DNA of 60,990 nt, counting the filler, from Sandaracinaceae bacterium (GTDB lineage: Bacteria > Myxococcota_A > Polyangia > Polyangiales > JADJQN01), in the NCBI GenBank assembly GCA_947483975.1. It is 6 parts of 6 records of this genome, joined end to end, with 100 filler letters (N's around TTAATTAATTAA, not from the genome) between each part and the next. Parts side by side here need not be neighbours in the genome. Positions count along the whole stretch, not along the records: positions 20,467 to 30,571 come from CANKOL010000182.1; positions 30,672 to 40,762 come from CANKOL010000183.1; 4 more parts are not named here. The stretch is one strand, 5' to 3'. Positions 28,688 through 38,219 of this stretch are shown in pieces. The first letter of the stretch is position 1. Every line of letters begins with the position of its first letter. The notes beneath the pieces are model-generated. The model saw only the letters and a program-made list of their open reading frames with translations. It was not told where the DNA came from and did not search any database. The position numbers and the translations under genes are program-made.

Positions 28688-30571
28688 ATGCGCTTCACCC
28701 GCCTGCTGCTCTCGGTCGCGCTCCTCTCCTCCCTCGCGTCCTGCGCCGTCGAGACCTCCGGGGATGACCTCGCGGCCGGTCAGGCGGACGAGCTCGTCGT
28801 CTGCGGGGATGGGCCGACGGTCGAGGGCATCGACGTCTCGTCCTGGCAGGGCACGATCGACTGGGCGCGCGTCGCCGGGGACGGCATCCGCTTCGCCATC
28901 GTCCGCATCGGCGACGGCAGCTACCACGACCGCTTCTTCGCGGCGAACTGGGCGGGCGCGCGCGACGCGGGGCTGATCCGTGGCGCGTATCAGTTCTTCG
29001 AGCCTGGCCAAGACCCGCTCATGCAGGCGGACCTCGTCGTCGCGGCGGTCGGGCGGCTCGGGCCCGGCGATATGCCGGTGACGATCGACGTGGAGGCGCC
29101 GTCGCCCGGCGTGTCGACCGCGGCGTACACGCGCAGCATCCATCAGTGGGTCGACCGCGTGACGGCCGGGACCGGCCGCGAGCCGATGATCTACACGGGC
29201 CGCTACTACTGGGACCCGTACGTCGCGAGCTCGGACTTCACGTCGCTGCCGCTCTGGCACGCGCAGTACACGGGCGCCGCGTGCCCGAACATCAACGACC
29301 GCTGGAGCGACTGGGCGTTCTGGCAGTACACGTCGTCGGGGAGCATCGCGGGCATCTCCGGGAACGTCGATCGCAACCGCTGGAACGGCACGTTCGAGCA
29401 GCTTCAGGCGCTCGCGCGGACGAACCAGGCGCCGACGGGCTGGCTCGACTCGGTGGCGTGCACCGGCATCAGCGGCTGGGCGCAGGACCCCGACGCGCCG
29501 GCGACCTCGATCGACGCGCACGTCTACCTCGGCGGGCCCGCGGGCGACCCGGCGGCGGTCGGCTTCCCGCTCCACGCGAGCGCGCGGCGCGACGACCTCT
29601 GCACGGCGCTCGGCTCGTGCGAGCACGGCTTCTCGATGCGCGTGCCGCTCTCGTTCTTCGACGGGCAGGACCATCCCGTCTACGCCTACGGCATCGACAC
29701 AGCGGGCGGGCCGAACCCGCAGCTGCGGGGCGCGCCGCAGACGCTGCACTGCGACACGCCGCCGTTCCCGATGCCTGCGGGCGGCGTCGTGCGCCGACAC
29801 GTGCCGAGCCGCGACGTGCTCGCCGCGTGGGGGCTCGGCTTCGTGGACGTCGCGCCGGTCACCGACGCGCTGCTCGACGCCGTGCCCGATGGTCCCGACG
29901 TGGAGGCGAGCCCGGAGCTCGTGCGCATCGACGGCGAGCCCGCCGTGTACCTCCGCGAGAGCGGCGTGCTCCGGCATGTGCCGAGCCCGGCGGTGATGGA
30001 CGCGTGGCACTTCGACGCGAGCGCCGTCCGGGTCGTGCCGGCGAGCGAGCTTGCGGGCGACCTGCGCGGGGCGGACGTGCTCGACGCGCCCTTCCTCGTG
30101 CGCGGCGCGGGCCCCGCGGTGTATCTCCTCGACGCGGCGCCCGCGCTCTGGGCGCAGCTCGTCTCGGGGGAGCTGCCCGCGGCGCTCGAGGTCGGTCGCT
30201 CGTCCGAGGTGACCCTGCGCTTCCGCAACCGCGGCAGCGTCGCGTGGAACGCCGGGGAGGTGGCGCTCGCGCCGACGCCGCGCGACCTCGCGAGCGAGGT
30301 CTGCGACGTGAGCTGGCCGTCGTGTGAGCGCGCCGTGACGGTGCCGACGACGGTCGCGCCGGGCGCGGAGGGCGACTTCACCGTGCGCCTGCAGGGCCCG
30401 ATGGAGCCGGGCCCCGTGACGGTCTGCTTTGGGCTGGTCCTCGGCACGCACTGGTTCTCCGACGCGGGGCAGCTCGGCCCGGCGGACGATGAGCTCTGCC
30501 GGACGCTCGAGGTCGTCGCGGCGTCGCCCCCGGCGGACGTCGGCGGCACGCACGCGGGCGGCGACCCCGCC
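28688..30571 (+). CDS. GH25 (Chalaropsis-type) muramidase lipoprotein with accessory Ig-like domains; 3'-truncated
   Basis: Lipobox LASC; GIDVSSWQG, RGAYQFF, catalytic DxE (IDVE), PMIYTG, LWHAQY, FWQYTS, VDRN. Confidence 0.9.
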
Positions 30572-30671
30572 NNNNNNNNNNNNNNNNNNNNNNNNNNNNN
30601 NNNNNNNNNNNNNNNTTAATTAATTAANNNNNNNNNNNNNNNNNNNNNNNNNNNNNNNNNNNNNNNNNNNN
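30572..30671. other. Artificial contig linker
   Basis: N44-TTAATTAATTAA-N44. Confidence 0.99.
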
Positions 30672-31565
30672 GAACTCGCGGCCCGCGACGCCGTCGCCGA
30701 AGCCCGCATCGCGACCGCCCGCGAGCAGCAGGCGACCGCCGCCGAGGCCGCGCTCGCCCAAGCCGCCCAGCAGGCTGCCGACGCGCAGCGGATGCAGGGC
30801 CAATCGTCGCTCCTCGCGAACGCTCGGATGCGCGAGGTCCTCACGCGAGCCGAGCTGCGCATCCAGGAGATCGACGAGGTCCTCGCGGCGCTCGCGCTCG
30901 TCCGCGCTGGCACCGTCGAGGCGCCGACCCCGAGCGCGCTGCCGCTCTGCGCCGATGGCGCCGCCGTCGAGCGAGTCGGGATGCTCGCCGCGTCGGGGTC
31001 GCAGCTCAACTGGGACGCAGCGGGGCTCGCGCGCACCGTCGAGGAGCTCTGCGGACGCCTCCAGCGCTGGCACGCGCCCGACGAGCGCTCCCGCCCGGTG
31101 ATCGCGTCCTACGTGCAGAAGGTCAATCACATCGAGGGCTGGATGCGTGACATCCGCGGCTGTGTCGGTGCGTCGGGCCGCGACGCCGCGCGCTGCGACA
31201 ACGCCTACGGCCGCACCCAAGACGCCGAAGCGGCAGAGGCGCGCGTGATCGAGGCGTTGATGGTCGCGCACCACCGCGAGATCGACGGAGTCGACACCGG
31301 CGCTCGACCATTCCTCTGCACGACCCCTACGCTCACGCGCATCGAAGGCATGACCTTCGTCGGCAGCGTCGCGCGCGCACAGTTGCCGAGCCTGGTGCGG
31401 GACGCCGAGAACGTCTGCACGGTCATCGGCGTGAGCGACCGAGCGCTCCGCGAAGCGCTCAGCGCCCTACGCAGCCGGCTCGATCAGACTGAAGCGACGG
31501 TGCGCAGCCAGCGTCGCGCCCAACGAGACCTCCTCGAGTCGTTGCACGCCCAGCTCGGCGACTAG
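30672..31565 (+). CDS. Hypothetical helical/coiled-coil protein with six Cys, 5'-truncated
   Basis: Frame open from contig start (ELAARDAV...); typical codon bias; no family recognised. Confidence 0.6.
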   Translation, partial: ELAARDAVAEARIATAREQQATAAEAALAQAAQQAADAQRMQGQSSLLANARMREVLTRAELRIQEIDEVLAALALVRAGTVEAPTPSALPLCADGAAVERVGMLAASGSQLNWDAAGLARTVEELCGRLQRWHAPDERSRPVIASYVQKVNHIEGWMRDIRGCVGASGRDAARCDNAYGRTQDAEAAEARVIEALMVAHHREIDGVDTGARPFLCTTPTLTRIEGMTFVGSVARAQLPSLVRDAENVCTVIGVSDRALREALSALRSRLDQTEATVRSQRRAQRDLLESLHAQLGD

Positions 31566-31566
31566 G

Positions 31567-32031
31567 CTACTTCTCGTCGTCCCCGCCGAGGACGAGGAAG
31601 TGCGCCGTCGCGCTCGCGATGGGCTTGTCCTGATCTTCCTGCCACGCCACGGCGTGCACGCTCGCCACCCGCCGACCGTGCTTGGCGATGGTCGCCTTCG
31701 CCCAGGTGTCCACGGCGCGCCCTGAGCGCATGTAGTCGATCGTCACCGTGATCGTCTTCGGCAACACGACGGTCTCCATTCGCGAGAGCAGCTCGAAGAT
31801 CGCGGCCGACTCGAGCAACGCGCCGAGCGTCCCTCCGTGCAGCGCGGGGATCGACGAATTCCCCACGAGGCCGGGCGAGAACGCGAGTCGCATCCGCAGC
31901 TCACCCTCGTGCGTCTCCGCGTGAAGCCCGAGAAATCGCGCGTAAGGGATCGCGCGCGTCACCGGGCCCCAGTCTCCGCTGAGGCGCGCCCGCTCGACGG
32001 TCGCGACCAACTCCTCGTGAGAGACGCTCAC
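31567..32031 (-). CDS. PaaI-family hotdog thioesterase (second of pair)
   Basis: IPYARFLG, GN..LHGG.LGALLE, TIDYMR, GRRVA; GTGA overlap with upstream paralogue. Confidence 0.85.
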   Translation of the reverse strand: MSVSHEELVATVERARLSGDWGPVTRAIPYARFLGLHAETHEGELRMRLAFSPGLVGNSSIPALHGGTLGALLESAAIFELLSRMETVVLPKTITVTIDYMRSGRAVDTWAKATIAKHGRRVASVHAVAWQEDQDKPIASATAHFLVLGGDDEK

Positions 32032-32537
32032 GGCGTCTCGCCGCCGTCTGATGCCGCCTTGGCGACGCGCTCCGCGACGGTGCGACCCTTGGTGCCGATC
32101 ATGAACGTCCCCGCCGCCGAGGCGATCGGGTCCGCCGGATCGTCGTGATAGGCGAGCGCGCGCGCAAAACCCACGTTGTGCGTCAGCTTCACCGTCTCTG
32201 CCCGGGCGATCACGGCGAGCCCGGGAGTCGCGGGCTTCAGGTAATCGATGCGCAGGTCGAGCGTCGCGATCGAGACCTGGCGCGTCAGCTTCATGAACAC
32301 CGCCGCCCCGCACGTCGCGTCGATCAGCCCGGTGATCGCGCCCCCGTGCAGCACGCCCGTCTCCGGGTCACCGACGAGCTGCTCCGAGTATGGCAGTCGC
32401 ATCGTCGCGCAGCCGACGCCCGGCTCGACGTCGATGAGCTCGAGTCCGAGCGCGGCATTGTGCGGAACGCCGTCGCGAAACGACCTCATCATCAGCGCGA
32501 GCACTTGCGCCTTCGGCGGGAGAAGCGGCTGGCTCAT
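32028..32537 (-). CDS. PaaI-family hotdog thioesterase (first of pair)
   Basis: GDPETGVLHGGAITGLIDATCG, ATLDLRIDYLKPA. Confidence 0.9.
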   Translation of the reverse strand: MSQPLLPPKAQVLALMMRSFRDGVPHNAALGLELIDVEPGVGCATMRLPYSEQLVGDPETGVLHGGAITGLIDATCGAAVFMKLTRQVSIATLDLRIDYLKPATPGLAVIARAETVKLTHNVGFARALAYHDDPADPIASAAGTFMIGTKGRTVAERVAKAASDGGETP

Positions 32538-32628
32538 CGCGGGCAGTCTCTAGCACGAAGGTTTGAGCGTGATCAAACGCACCTTCTCGACAGGACGGGT
32601 CGCCATCCATGTGCACGCTACGCGCCCG

Positions 32629-33642
32629 ATGACTGCCGACTCTGCCCCGCGCGCTCCAGAACCCCGATCCGGCCGCGCGCTCATCGACGCGACCCGCCCC
32701 TATGCCGCCGAGGACCGCGGCCGCGCCTGGCGCGAGCTCGTGCTCACCTTGACCCTGCTCGCGCTGCTGGTCGGGGCGAGCGTGACGCCGCTCCTGCCGC
32801 TCGCCGCGCGGATCCCGCTCTCGCTCTTCACGGGCCTGATCGTCGTGCGCGGCTTCATCCTCTTTCACGACTTTCAGCACGGCGCGCTCCTGCGCGGCTC
32901 GTGGCTCGCGAAGCAGATCTTCGGGCTGTACGGGCTCCTGGTGCTGACTCCGCCCACCGTCTGGCGGGCGACTCACAACTACCATCACGCGCACACTGCC
33001 AAGCTCGTCGGCTCCCACGTCGGCTCCTTCTGGACGTCCACGGTGGATATGTACACGCAGCTGAAGCCGCGAGAGCAGGCGCTCTATCGCTTCGTGCGCA
33101 GCCCGCTCAACGTCGCGCTCGGCTATCTGACGATCTTCCTCTACGGCATGTGCCTCTCGGCGTTCCTCCGAAACAAGCGCAAGCACCCGGACGGACTCGG
33201 CGCGCTCCTGCTCCACATCGGACTCTCGATCACGCTCATCGTGTTCGGCGGCGTGCAGGTTTGGCTGCTCGGCCTGGTCCTCCCGCTCGCGGTGGCGTGC
33301 GCGCTCGGCGGCTATCTCTTCTACGCCCAGCACAACTTCGACGGGATCGAGATCCAGCCGCGTGAGACCTGGGAGTACTCCCGCGCTGCGCTCGAGTCCT
33401 CGAGCTACATGGAGCTAGGCGCGTTCCTCCGCTGGGCGACGGCGAACATCGGCTACCACCACGTCCATCACCTCAATCCGGGCGTCCCGTTCTACCGGCT
33501 CCCCGAGGCGATGGCCGCGGTGCCCGAGCTTCAGCACCCGCACAAGACGAGCCTGAGTCCCCGCGAGGTGCTCGCCTGCTTCCGCCTCAAGCTCTGGGAT
33601 CCTGCGCAGCATCGGATGGTGGGATATCCTGACGGGCGATGA
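32629..33642 (+). CDS. Membrane fatty acid desaturase (Bacillus Des/delta12-like)
   Basis: His boxes HDFQH, HNYHH, HHVHH plus QH and TM helices. Confidence 0.92.
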   Translation: MTADSAPRAPEPRSGRALIDATRPYAAEDRGRAWRELVLTLTLLALLVGASVTPLLPLAARIPLSLFTGLIVVRGFILFHDFQHGALLRGSWLAKQIFGLYGLLVLTPPTVWRATHNYHHAHTAKLVGSHVGSFWTSTVDMYTQLKPREQALYRFVRSPLNVALGYLTIFLYGMCLSAFLRNKRKHPDGLGALLLHIGLSITLIVFGGVQVWLLGLVLPLAVACALGGYLFYAQHNFDGIEIQPRETWEYSRAALESSSYMELGAFLRWATANIGYHHVHHLNPGVPFYRLPEAMAAVPELQHPHKTSLSPREVLACFRLKLWDPAQHRMVGYPDGR

Positions 33643-35129
33643 ACGCCGTCCTCTCCTCGCTCACCCCTGAACAGCTCGACGCGCGCGCCGAGCGTGACGC
33701 CCTCCGGCTCGTCGCGCTCGCCCGCAGAGGCCAGGTGATCGCTGGCCGCGTGAGGCAGGAACACGCGCTGTTTCTCCACGAGGGCCACTCGCTCCTCGGC
33801 GCGGACGAGCGACGGACTGCGCTCGCCTTGCTCGACGCCGTCCTCGACACGGAGCAGGCCTACCAGAGGCTGCAGTCGTTCCACGGGGACTTCTGGCGCC
33901 TCGACGCCTTCGGCGACCCCGCGCGGCACGTGCGGCACTTCGTCCTCGCGACGAGCGCGTACTTCGGCCGACTCTCCCTCGGCCTCGAGTTCCTCGAGCA
34001 CACGCTCGGCAAGCCGCACTTCGAGCGACTCTTCGACGAACCCTGCGAGGAGCTCGGGCTGTGGCAGGGCACGTTCTCCCGACTCAAGTGGGACCTCGTG
34101 CACGTCGAGCACGCCGGGCGGGTGTTCGCGGCGCGGCAGTATCAGAAGCTACTCCGCGCGACGCACCCCGAGGCGTTCGTCGGGGCGGCGTATCTCGAGG
34201 GCGCGGTCGCCGCGCTCGAGGACAGCTACGTGCGCACCAAGGCGCGCTTGACGGGCGAGGGGCCCCGCATGCTGGTGGAGAACGCGTTCGAGATCCTGCG
34301 CGGAGCGGCCCAGTCTGCGTGGCTCCCGCTTCAGACTGAAGTGGCGGATTTCCTCGGGGACACGCGCGTCTTTCGCGACGAACACGAGGCGCTCATCTCG
34401 GTCGCGCAGGTGCACGAGGCCATCGCGCTCGCGCGCCCGGGCGACGTCCTCTTCGAGCGCAGGAACTGGTATCTCTCCAACGTCGGATTGCCCGGCTTTT
34501 GGCCCCACGCGGCTCTCTTTCTGGGCACGCCGACGGAGCTCGCGGCGTACTTCGATCACGACGCCGCCGTGTGCGCGGCCTACGGTGAGTCCTTCACTGG
34601 GATGCTGCAGCGCAGTCATCCGGCGGCCTGGGCAGACTACGGCTCGGCGGACGCCGAGGCGCGCCCCCGACGCATCATCGAGGCGGTGTCCGAAGGCGTG
34701 GTGTTCGCGTCGGCAGAGCACTCGCTCTGCGCTGATTACATCGCCTGCGTGCGCCCATTGCGGCCGAAGCTCGAGGCGGCGCGCGCCATCGAGCGTGCGT
34801 TCGGCTACGCCGGGCGGCCCTATGACTTCGACTTCGACTTCCACACGGACTCGGCGCTCGTCTGCAGCGAACTCGTCTACAAGGCGTGGGAGCCACGCGA
34901 GGACATGACGGGGATTCGCCTCGAGCTCGTGGAGCTGCTCGGGCGGCCGACGCTGCCGCCGAACCTCGCAGTCGCGCAGTATGACCGGGAGCGCGGGACC
35001 CCCGCGGAGCAGCTCGAGTTCGTCTTCTTCGTGGATGGCAACGAGTCTGAGCAACGCGCTCACTTCGCCGACGACGCGGCCTTCAGAGCGTCCTGGCGGC
35101 GTCCCAAGTGGGACATCTCTCAAGCCTGA
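33639..35129 (+). CDS. Permuted papain-like amidase (YiiX/YaeF, peptidase C92) with long N-terminal helical domain
   Basis: PGDVL, PGFWPHAALFLG (His), IEAVSEGV, GRPYDFDF..LVCSELV (Cys after His); ATGA overlap with desaturase. Confidence 0.82.
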   Translation: MNAVLSSLTPEQLDARAERDALRLVALARRGQVIAGRVRQEHALFLHEGHSLLGADERRTALALLDAVLDTEQAYQRLQSFHGDFWRLDAFGDPARHVRHFVLATSAYFGRLSLGLEFLEHTLGKPHFERLFDEPCEELGLWQGTFSRLKWDLVHVEHAGRVFAARQYQKLLRATHPEAFVGAAYLEGAVAALEDSYVRTKARLTGEGPRMLVENAFEILRGAAQSAWLPLQTEVADFLGDTRVFRDEHEALISVAQVHEAIALARPGDVLFERRNWYLSNVGLPGFWPHAALFLGTPTELAAYFDHDAAVCAAYGESFTGMLQRSHPAAWADYGSADAEARPRRIIEAVSEGVVFASAEHSLCADYIACVRPLRPKLEAARAIERAFGYAGRPYDFDFDFHTDSALVCSELVYKAWEPREDMTGIRLELVELLGRPTLPPNLAVAQYDRERGTPAEQLEFVFFVDGNESEQRAHFADDAAFRASWRRPKWDISQA

Positions 35130-35159
35130 AGCGCCCTCCGCCGCCGGAGCCCTACGACG

Positions 35160-35213
35160 GAAACGAAAACGCGCCCCGCGCTGGCGAGCCGAAGCTCCCC
35201 GACGCGTGGCGCG
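35160..35213 (-). terminator. Intrinsic terminator of the DNA-binding protein gene
   Basis: GC stem capped by GAGC-UUCG-GCUC tetraloop, followed by GTTTTCGTTT on minus strand. Confidence 0.7.
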
Positions 35214-35231
35214 ATGTCGTGAAGGGAGCGC

Positions 35232-35777
35232 TCAGCTCTTCTTCGGGCGGCCCGGCTTGCGGCCCGTGGGCTTGCGCCCCGCGCGCGCCTTCGGGGCCAC
35301 GGCCGGGGCCGCAGCGTCCTTGGTCGTCGGGTAGTAGCGCGACGCGCGCTTGGCGCCTTCGCGACGGACGGCGCCTGCCTCGAGCAGCTTCTGCAGCGGG
35401 CGGGTGAGGTCCTTGGTCGCCGTCGAGAGCGCGGCGCCGATCTGTTCCATCCGCTGGCCGGGCTTGGAGGCGATGAACGCCTGCAACGAAGTGATCGTCT
35501 TCTCGATCTCGGCGGCCGAGCGCTTGGCGCCCTTGCGGCGCGAGACCTTCGGGGCCTTCACCGCTGCTGCCGCGGCCGGAGCCGCAACTGCTGCCTTCGG
35601 CGCCGGTGCGACCTTGGCCGCCTTGGCTGCCTTCGGCGCAGCGACTGCCGCACCCGAACGGAAGCTCCCGAGCGCGTTCTCGACGTGCTCACGAACTGCC
35701 GCCCCGATGAGCGCCTGAAGCTCCTCGGTGAAACCCTGAATCTTCGCTGCGATACGTGCGTTGATGTCCGCCATCAT
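35232..35777 (-). CDS. Basic DNA-binding protein: N-terminal helix, Lys/Ala/Pro linker, winged-helix-like C domain
   Basis: APKAAKAAK linker; FIASKPGQRMEQIGAALS..LTRPLQKLLEAGAVRREG.KR..RY HTH-wing; basic tail; own terminator. Confidence 0.7.
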   Translation of the reverse strand: MMADINARIAAKIQGFTEELQALIGAAVREHVENALGSFRSGAAVAAPKAAKAAKVAPAPKAAVAAPAAAAAVKAPKVSRRKGAKRSAAEIEKTITSLQAFIASKPGQRMEQIGAALSTATKDLTRPLQKLLEAGAVRREGAKRASRYYPTTKDAAAPAVAPKARAGRKPTGRKPGRPKKS

Positions 35778-35988
35778 CCCTCTTCGAATGCGCGATGTTC
35801 GCGACGTGCCGACGAATCCCCCGAAGCGCGCTGTTGCGTCGAGAGTCGTGGACTGCGCGGATGATGACACGTTTTCTGCGGAGTCGAGGAAAGGAATCGA
35901 CACCAGGCATTGCCGTGCAGTCGATTCTCGTCACTCTCCCTCGCGTCGTGCGGTGAGCGCGAGCGGGTGCCATACCTGCACAGCCATC

Positions 35989-38211
35989 ATGATCGTCCAA
36001 GTCGCGCGTGTCCTCGCGATGGCCCTCGCGTCGTTCGCTTTCGTTCCTCCCGCACAGGCGCAGTCGCGGACTCCCCCTCACGTCTACGGGGCCCGCGCCC
36101 GGGGGCTTGCGCGGTCCCAGAGCGCCGACTCGCGCGGACGGAGCACGAGCGTCGTCACCCGCCGCGAGCGCGAGGAGCGCTTGCCCCGCTCCGCTCCAGA
36201 CGCCCTCAGCTACGAGCCTGGGGTCACCGTCCAGCAAACGGCCCATGGGCAAGCAAGCCCTTATTTACGCGGCCTCACGGGGCAGCAGGTGCTGCTCGTC
36301 TTCGATGGCGTTCGGCTGAACAACGGCACCTATCGGCAGGGGCCGAATCAGTACTTCTTCACCGTCGATGAGCACACGCTCGACAGGATCGAGGTCCTGC
36401 GGGGGAGTGCGTCGACGCGCTTTGGCTCCGACGCGCTAGGCGGCGTGATCTCGGCCTCGCCCGTCGCGCCGCGCCTCGAGGAGGGAGTGTCCGGGGTCCG
36501 CGTACACCCACGCGCGTTTGGGCGGTCGACCAGCGCCGACGGGGAGTGGGGCGGACGGGCGCAGGTCGACGTGCAGCTCGGAGAGAGGGTTGGCTTCGTC
36601 GGTGGGTTCGGCTATCGGGACGTCGGACTCCTCGACTCCGGCGGGATCGTGTCGAATCCCCACGAGCCCGTGCCAGCGGTGCCGCGCTTCGCCCCCAATG
36701 GGCGCACTCAGCTCGGCACCGGCTTCCGTGAGGGCACGTTCGATGGGCGCCTCGTCGCGCGCGTCGGCAGGCACCTGGAGGCGATCGCCGCCGTGTACGG
36801 CTATCGCCAATACGACGCCCCGCGGACCGACAAGTGTCCACCTCCAGAGCAGCGCCTCGGGGCGTGCCTCACGATCGCGGAGCAATTTCGCACCCTCGCG
36901 TACGCTGCGCTGCGCGGCGACGCGGGCCGCGAGCTGCGCGACGTGTCGCTCACCTTGTCCTATCAGCGCTCCCACGAGCGCCGGGTCAACGACTTCCCCG
37001 CCGCGTTCACCCGCACCTCGGGGCGGGACGACGTCGACACCCTCGGGCTCGCGTTTCAGGCATCGAGTCGGCGCTTCGTCGTCGGGGCCGCCGCGGACGG
37101 CGCGACGTTCGACCCCGGCCTGACGTTTCGCTATGGGCTCGACGCCTATCGCGACACCGTCGCGTCCGCCGCGCTCTTCACCTTCACCGACGTGGGGATC
37201 ACGCTCCCCGAGCTGCGCGGGCAATACGTGGATGGCTCGTGGTTCGCGCAAGGTGGGCTGTTCACCGAGGCCGCGCTCGAGCCGCTCTCGTGGCTCACCG
37301 TGCGCGCGGGCGTGCGCTGGGGCGACGCGGGCGCCCACGCTCGCGCGGACCTGCGCTCCGGTACGCGCGCCGTCGACGTGCAGACAGGCGCGCTCGTCGC
37401 GAGGGGTGGAGTCGAGGTGGCGCTCGGCCGGCGAGTCACGCTGCTCGCGAACGTGGATCAGGGCTTTCGCGCGCCGAACCTCGATGATCTGACCGCGCGC
37501 TCGATCACTGGACCTGGCTATCAGTTCGAGAACCCCGCTCTCGACGCGGAGCGCTCGTTGACCTCGGAGCTCGGCGTGAAGGTCGAGCACCCGTACGTCG
37601 CCTTCGAGGCGTGGGGCTTCGGCACGACCTTGGAAGACGCGATCACGCGCATCGCCCGCCCCGGCACGGAATGCCCCCTCGGCGACACCGCGTGCACGGC
37701 GTCGCGCGTGCGCTTTCAGCTCGTCAACGCCGCACGCCCCGTGCGCATCGGCGGGGGGGAGGCGCTCGTTCGACTCACGCTCCCCTACGCGCTCACGCTG
37801 CGCGCGAGTGTCGCCTACGCCATCGGGGATCAGCCGAATCCCGAGCCGCGCCCGCCCGCCGCGGCAGCCCCGTATCCCGAGCGAGTCCCGCTCTCTCGCG
37901 TGCCGCCGCTGAACGGGACGGTCGAGGTCAGGTGGCGGCATCGGCCGACGGGAATCTATTTGGGGAGCGGCCTTCGCTGGGCAATTGCGCAAACACGCCT
38001 CGCGCCCCAGGACCTCTCCGATGCGCGCATTCCGCTCGGGGGCACGCCCGGATACGCCGTGCTCGATCTGCGCGCCGGCTGGCGGTGGGACGAGCACTTG
38101 CTCGTCGCGCTGGTCGTCGAGAACCTCTTCGACGCGGCCTATCGGGTCCACGGTTCGAGCGTCAACGGCGCGGGTCGCGGGGTAGTCTTGTCCATCAGCG
38201 GTGGCCTATGA
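35989..38211 (+). CDS. TonB-dependent outer-membrane receptor
   Basis: Plug motifs PGV..LRG..LVFDGVRLN, RIEVLRGSASTRFGSDALGGVI; FRAP and NPxL motifs; ENLFD.Y. Confidence 0.9.
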   Translation: MIVQVARVLAMALASFAFVPPAQAQSRTPPHVYGARARGLARSQSADSRGRSTSVVTRREREERLPRSAPDALSYEPGVTVQQTAHGQASPYLRGLTGQQVLLVFDGVRLNNGTYRQGPNQYFFTVDEHTLDRIEVLRGSASTRFGSDALGGVISASPVAPRLEEGVSGVRVHPRAFGRSTSADGEWGGRAQVDVQLGERVGFVGGFGYRDVGLLDSGGIVSNPHEPVPAVPRFAPNGRTQLGTGFREGTFDGRLVARVGRHLEAIAAVYGYRQYDAPRTDKCPPPEQRLGACLTIAEQFRTLAYAALRGDAGRELRDVSLTLSYQRSHERRVNDFPAAFTRTSGRDDVDTLGLAFQASSRRFVVGAAADGATFDPGLTFRYGLDAYRDTVASAALFTFTDVGITLPELRGQYVDGSWFAQGGLFTEAALEPLSWLTVRAGVRWGDAGAHARADLRSGTRAVDVQTGALVARGGVEVALGRRVTLLANVDQGFRAPNLDDLTARSITGPGYQFENPALDAERSLTSELGVKVEHPYVAFEAWGFGTTLEDAITRIARPGTECPLGDTACTASRVRFQLVNAARPVRIGGGEALVRLTLPYALTLRASVAYAIGDQPNPEPRPPAAAAPYPERVPLSRVPPLNGTVEVRWRHRPTGIYLGSGLRWAIAQTRLAPQDLSDARIPLGGTPGYAVLDLRAGWRWDEHLLVALVVENLFDAAYRVHGSSVNGAGRGVVLSISGGL

Positions 38212-38219
38212 GGAGCACG

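Noticed and set aside
35860..35940. Fur box upstream of the TonB receptor
   Set aside because: GATGATGACAC and GAGAATCG give only weak partial matches, with no 19-bp palindrome
37440..37560. Heme/hemoglobin receptor assignment from FRAP/NPxL motifs
   Set aside because: The conserved His between the motifs is absent, so the substrate is left open
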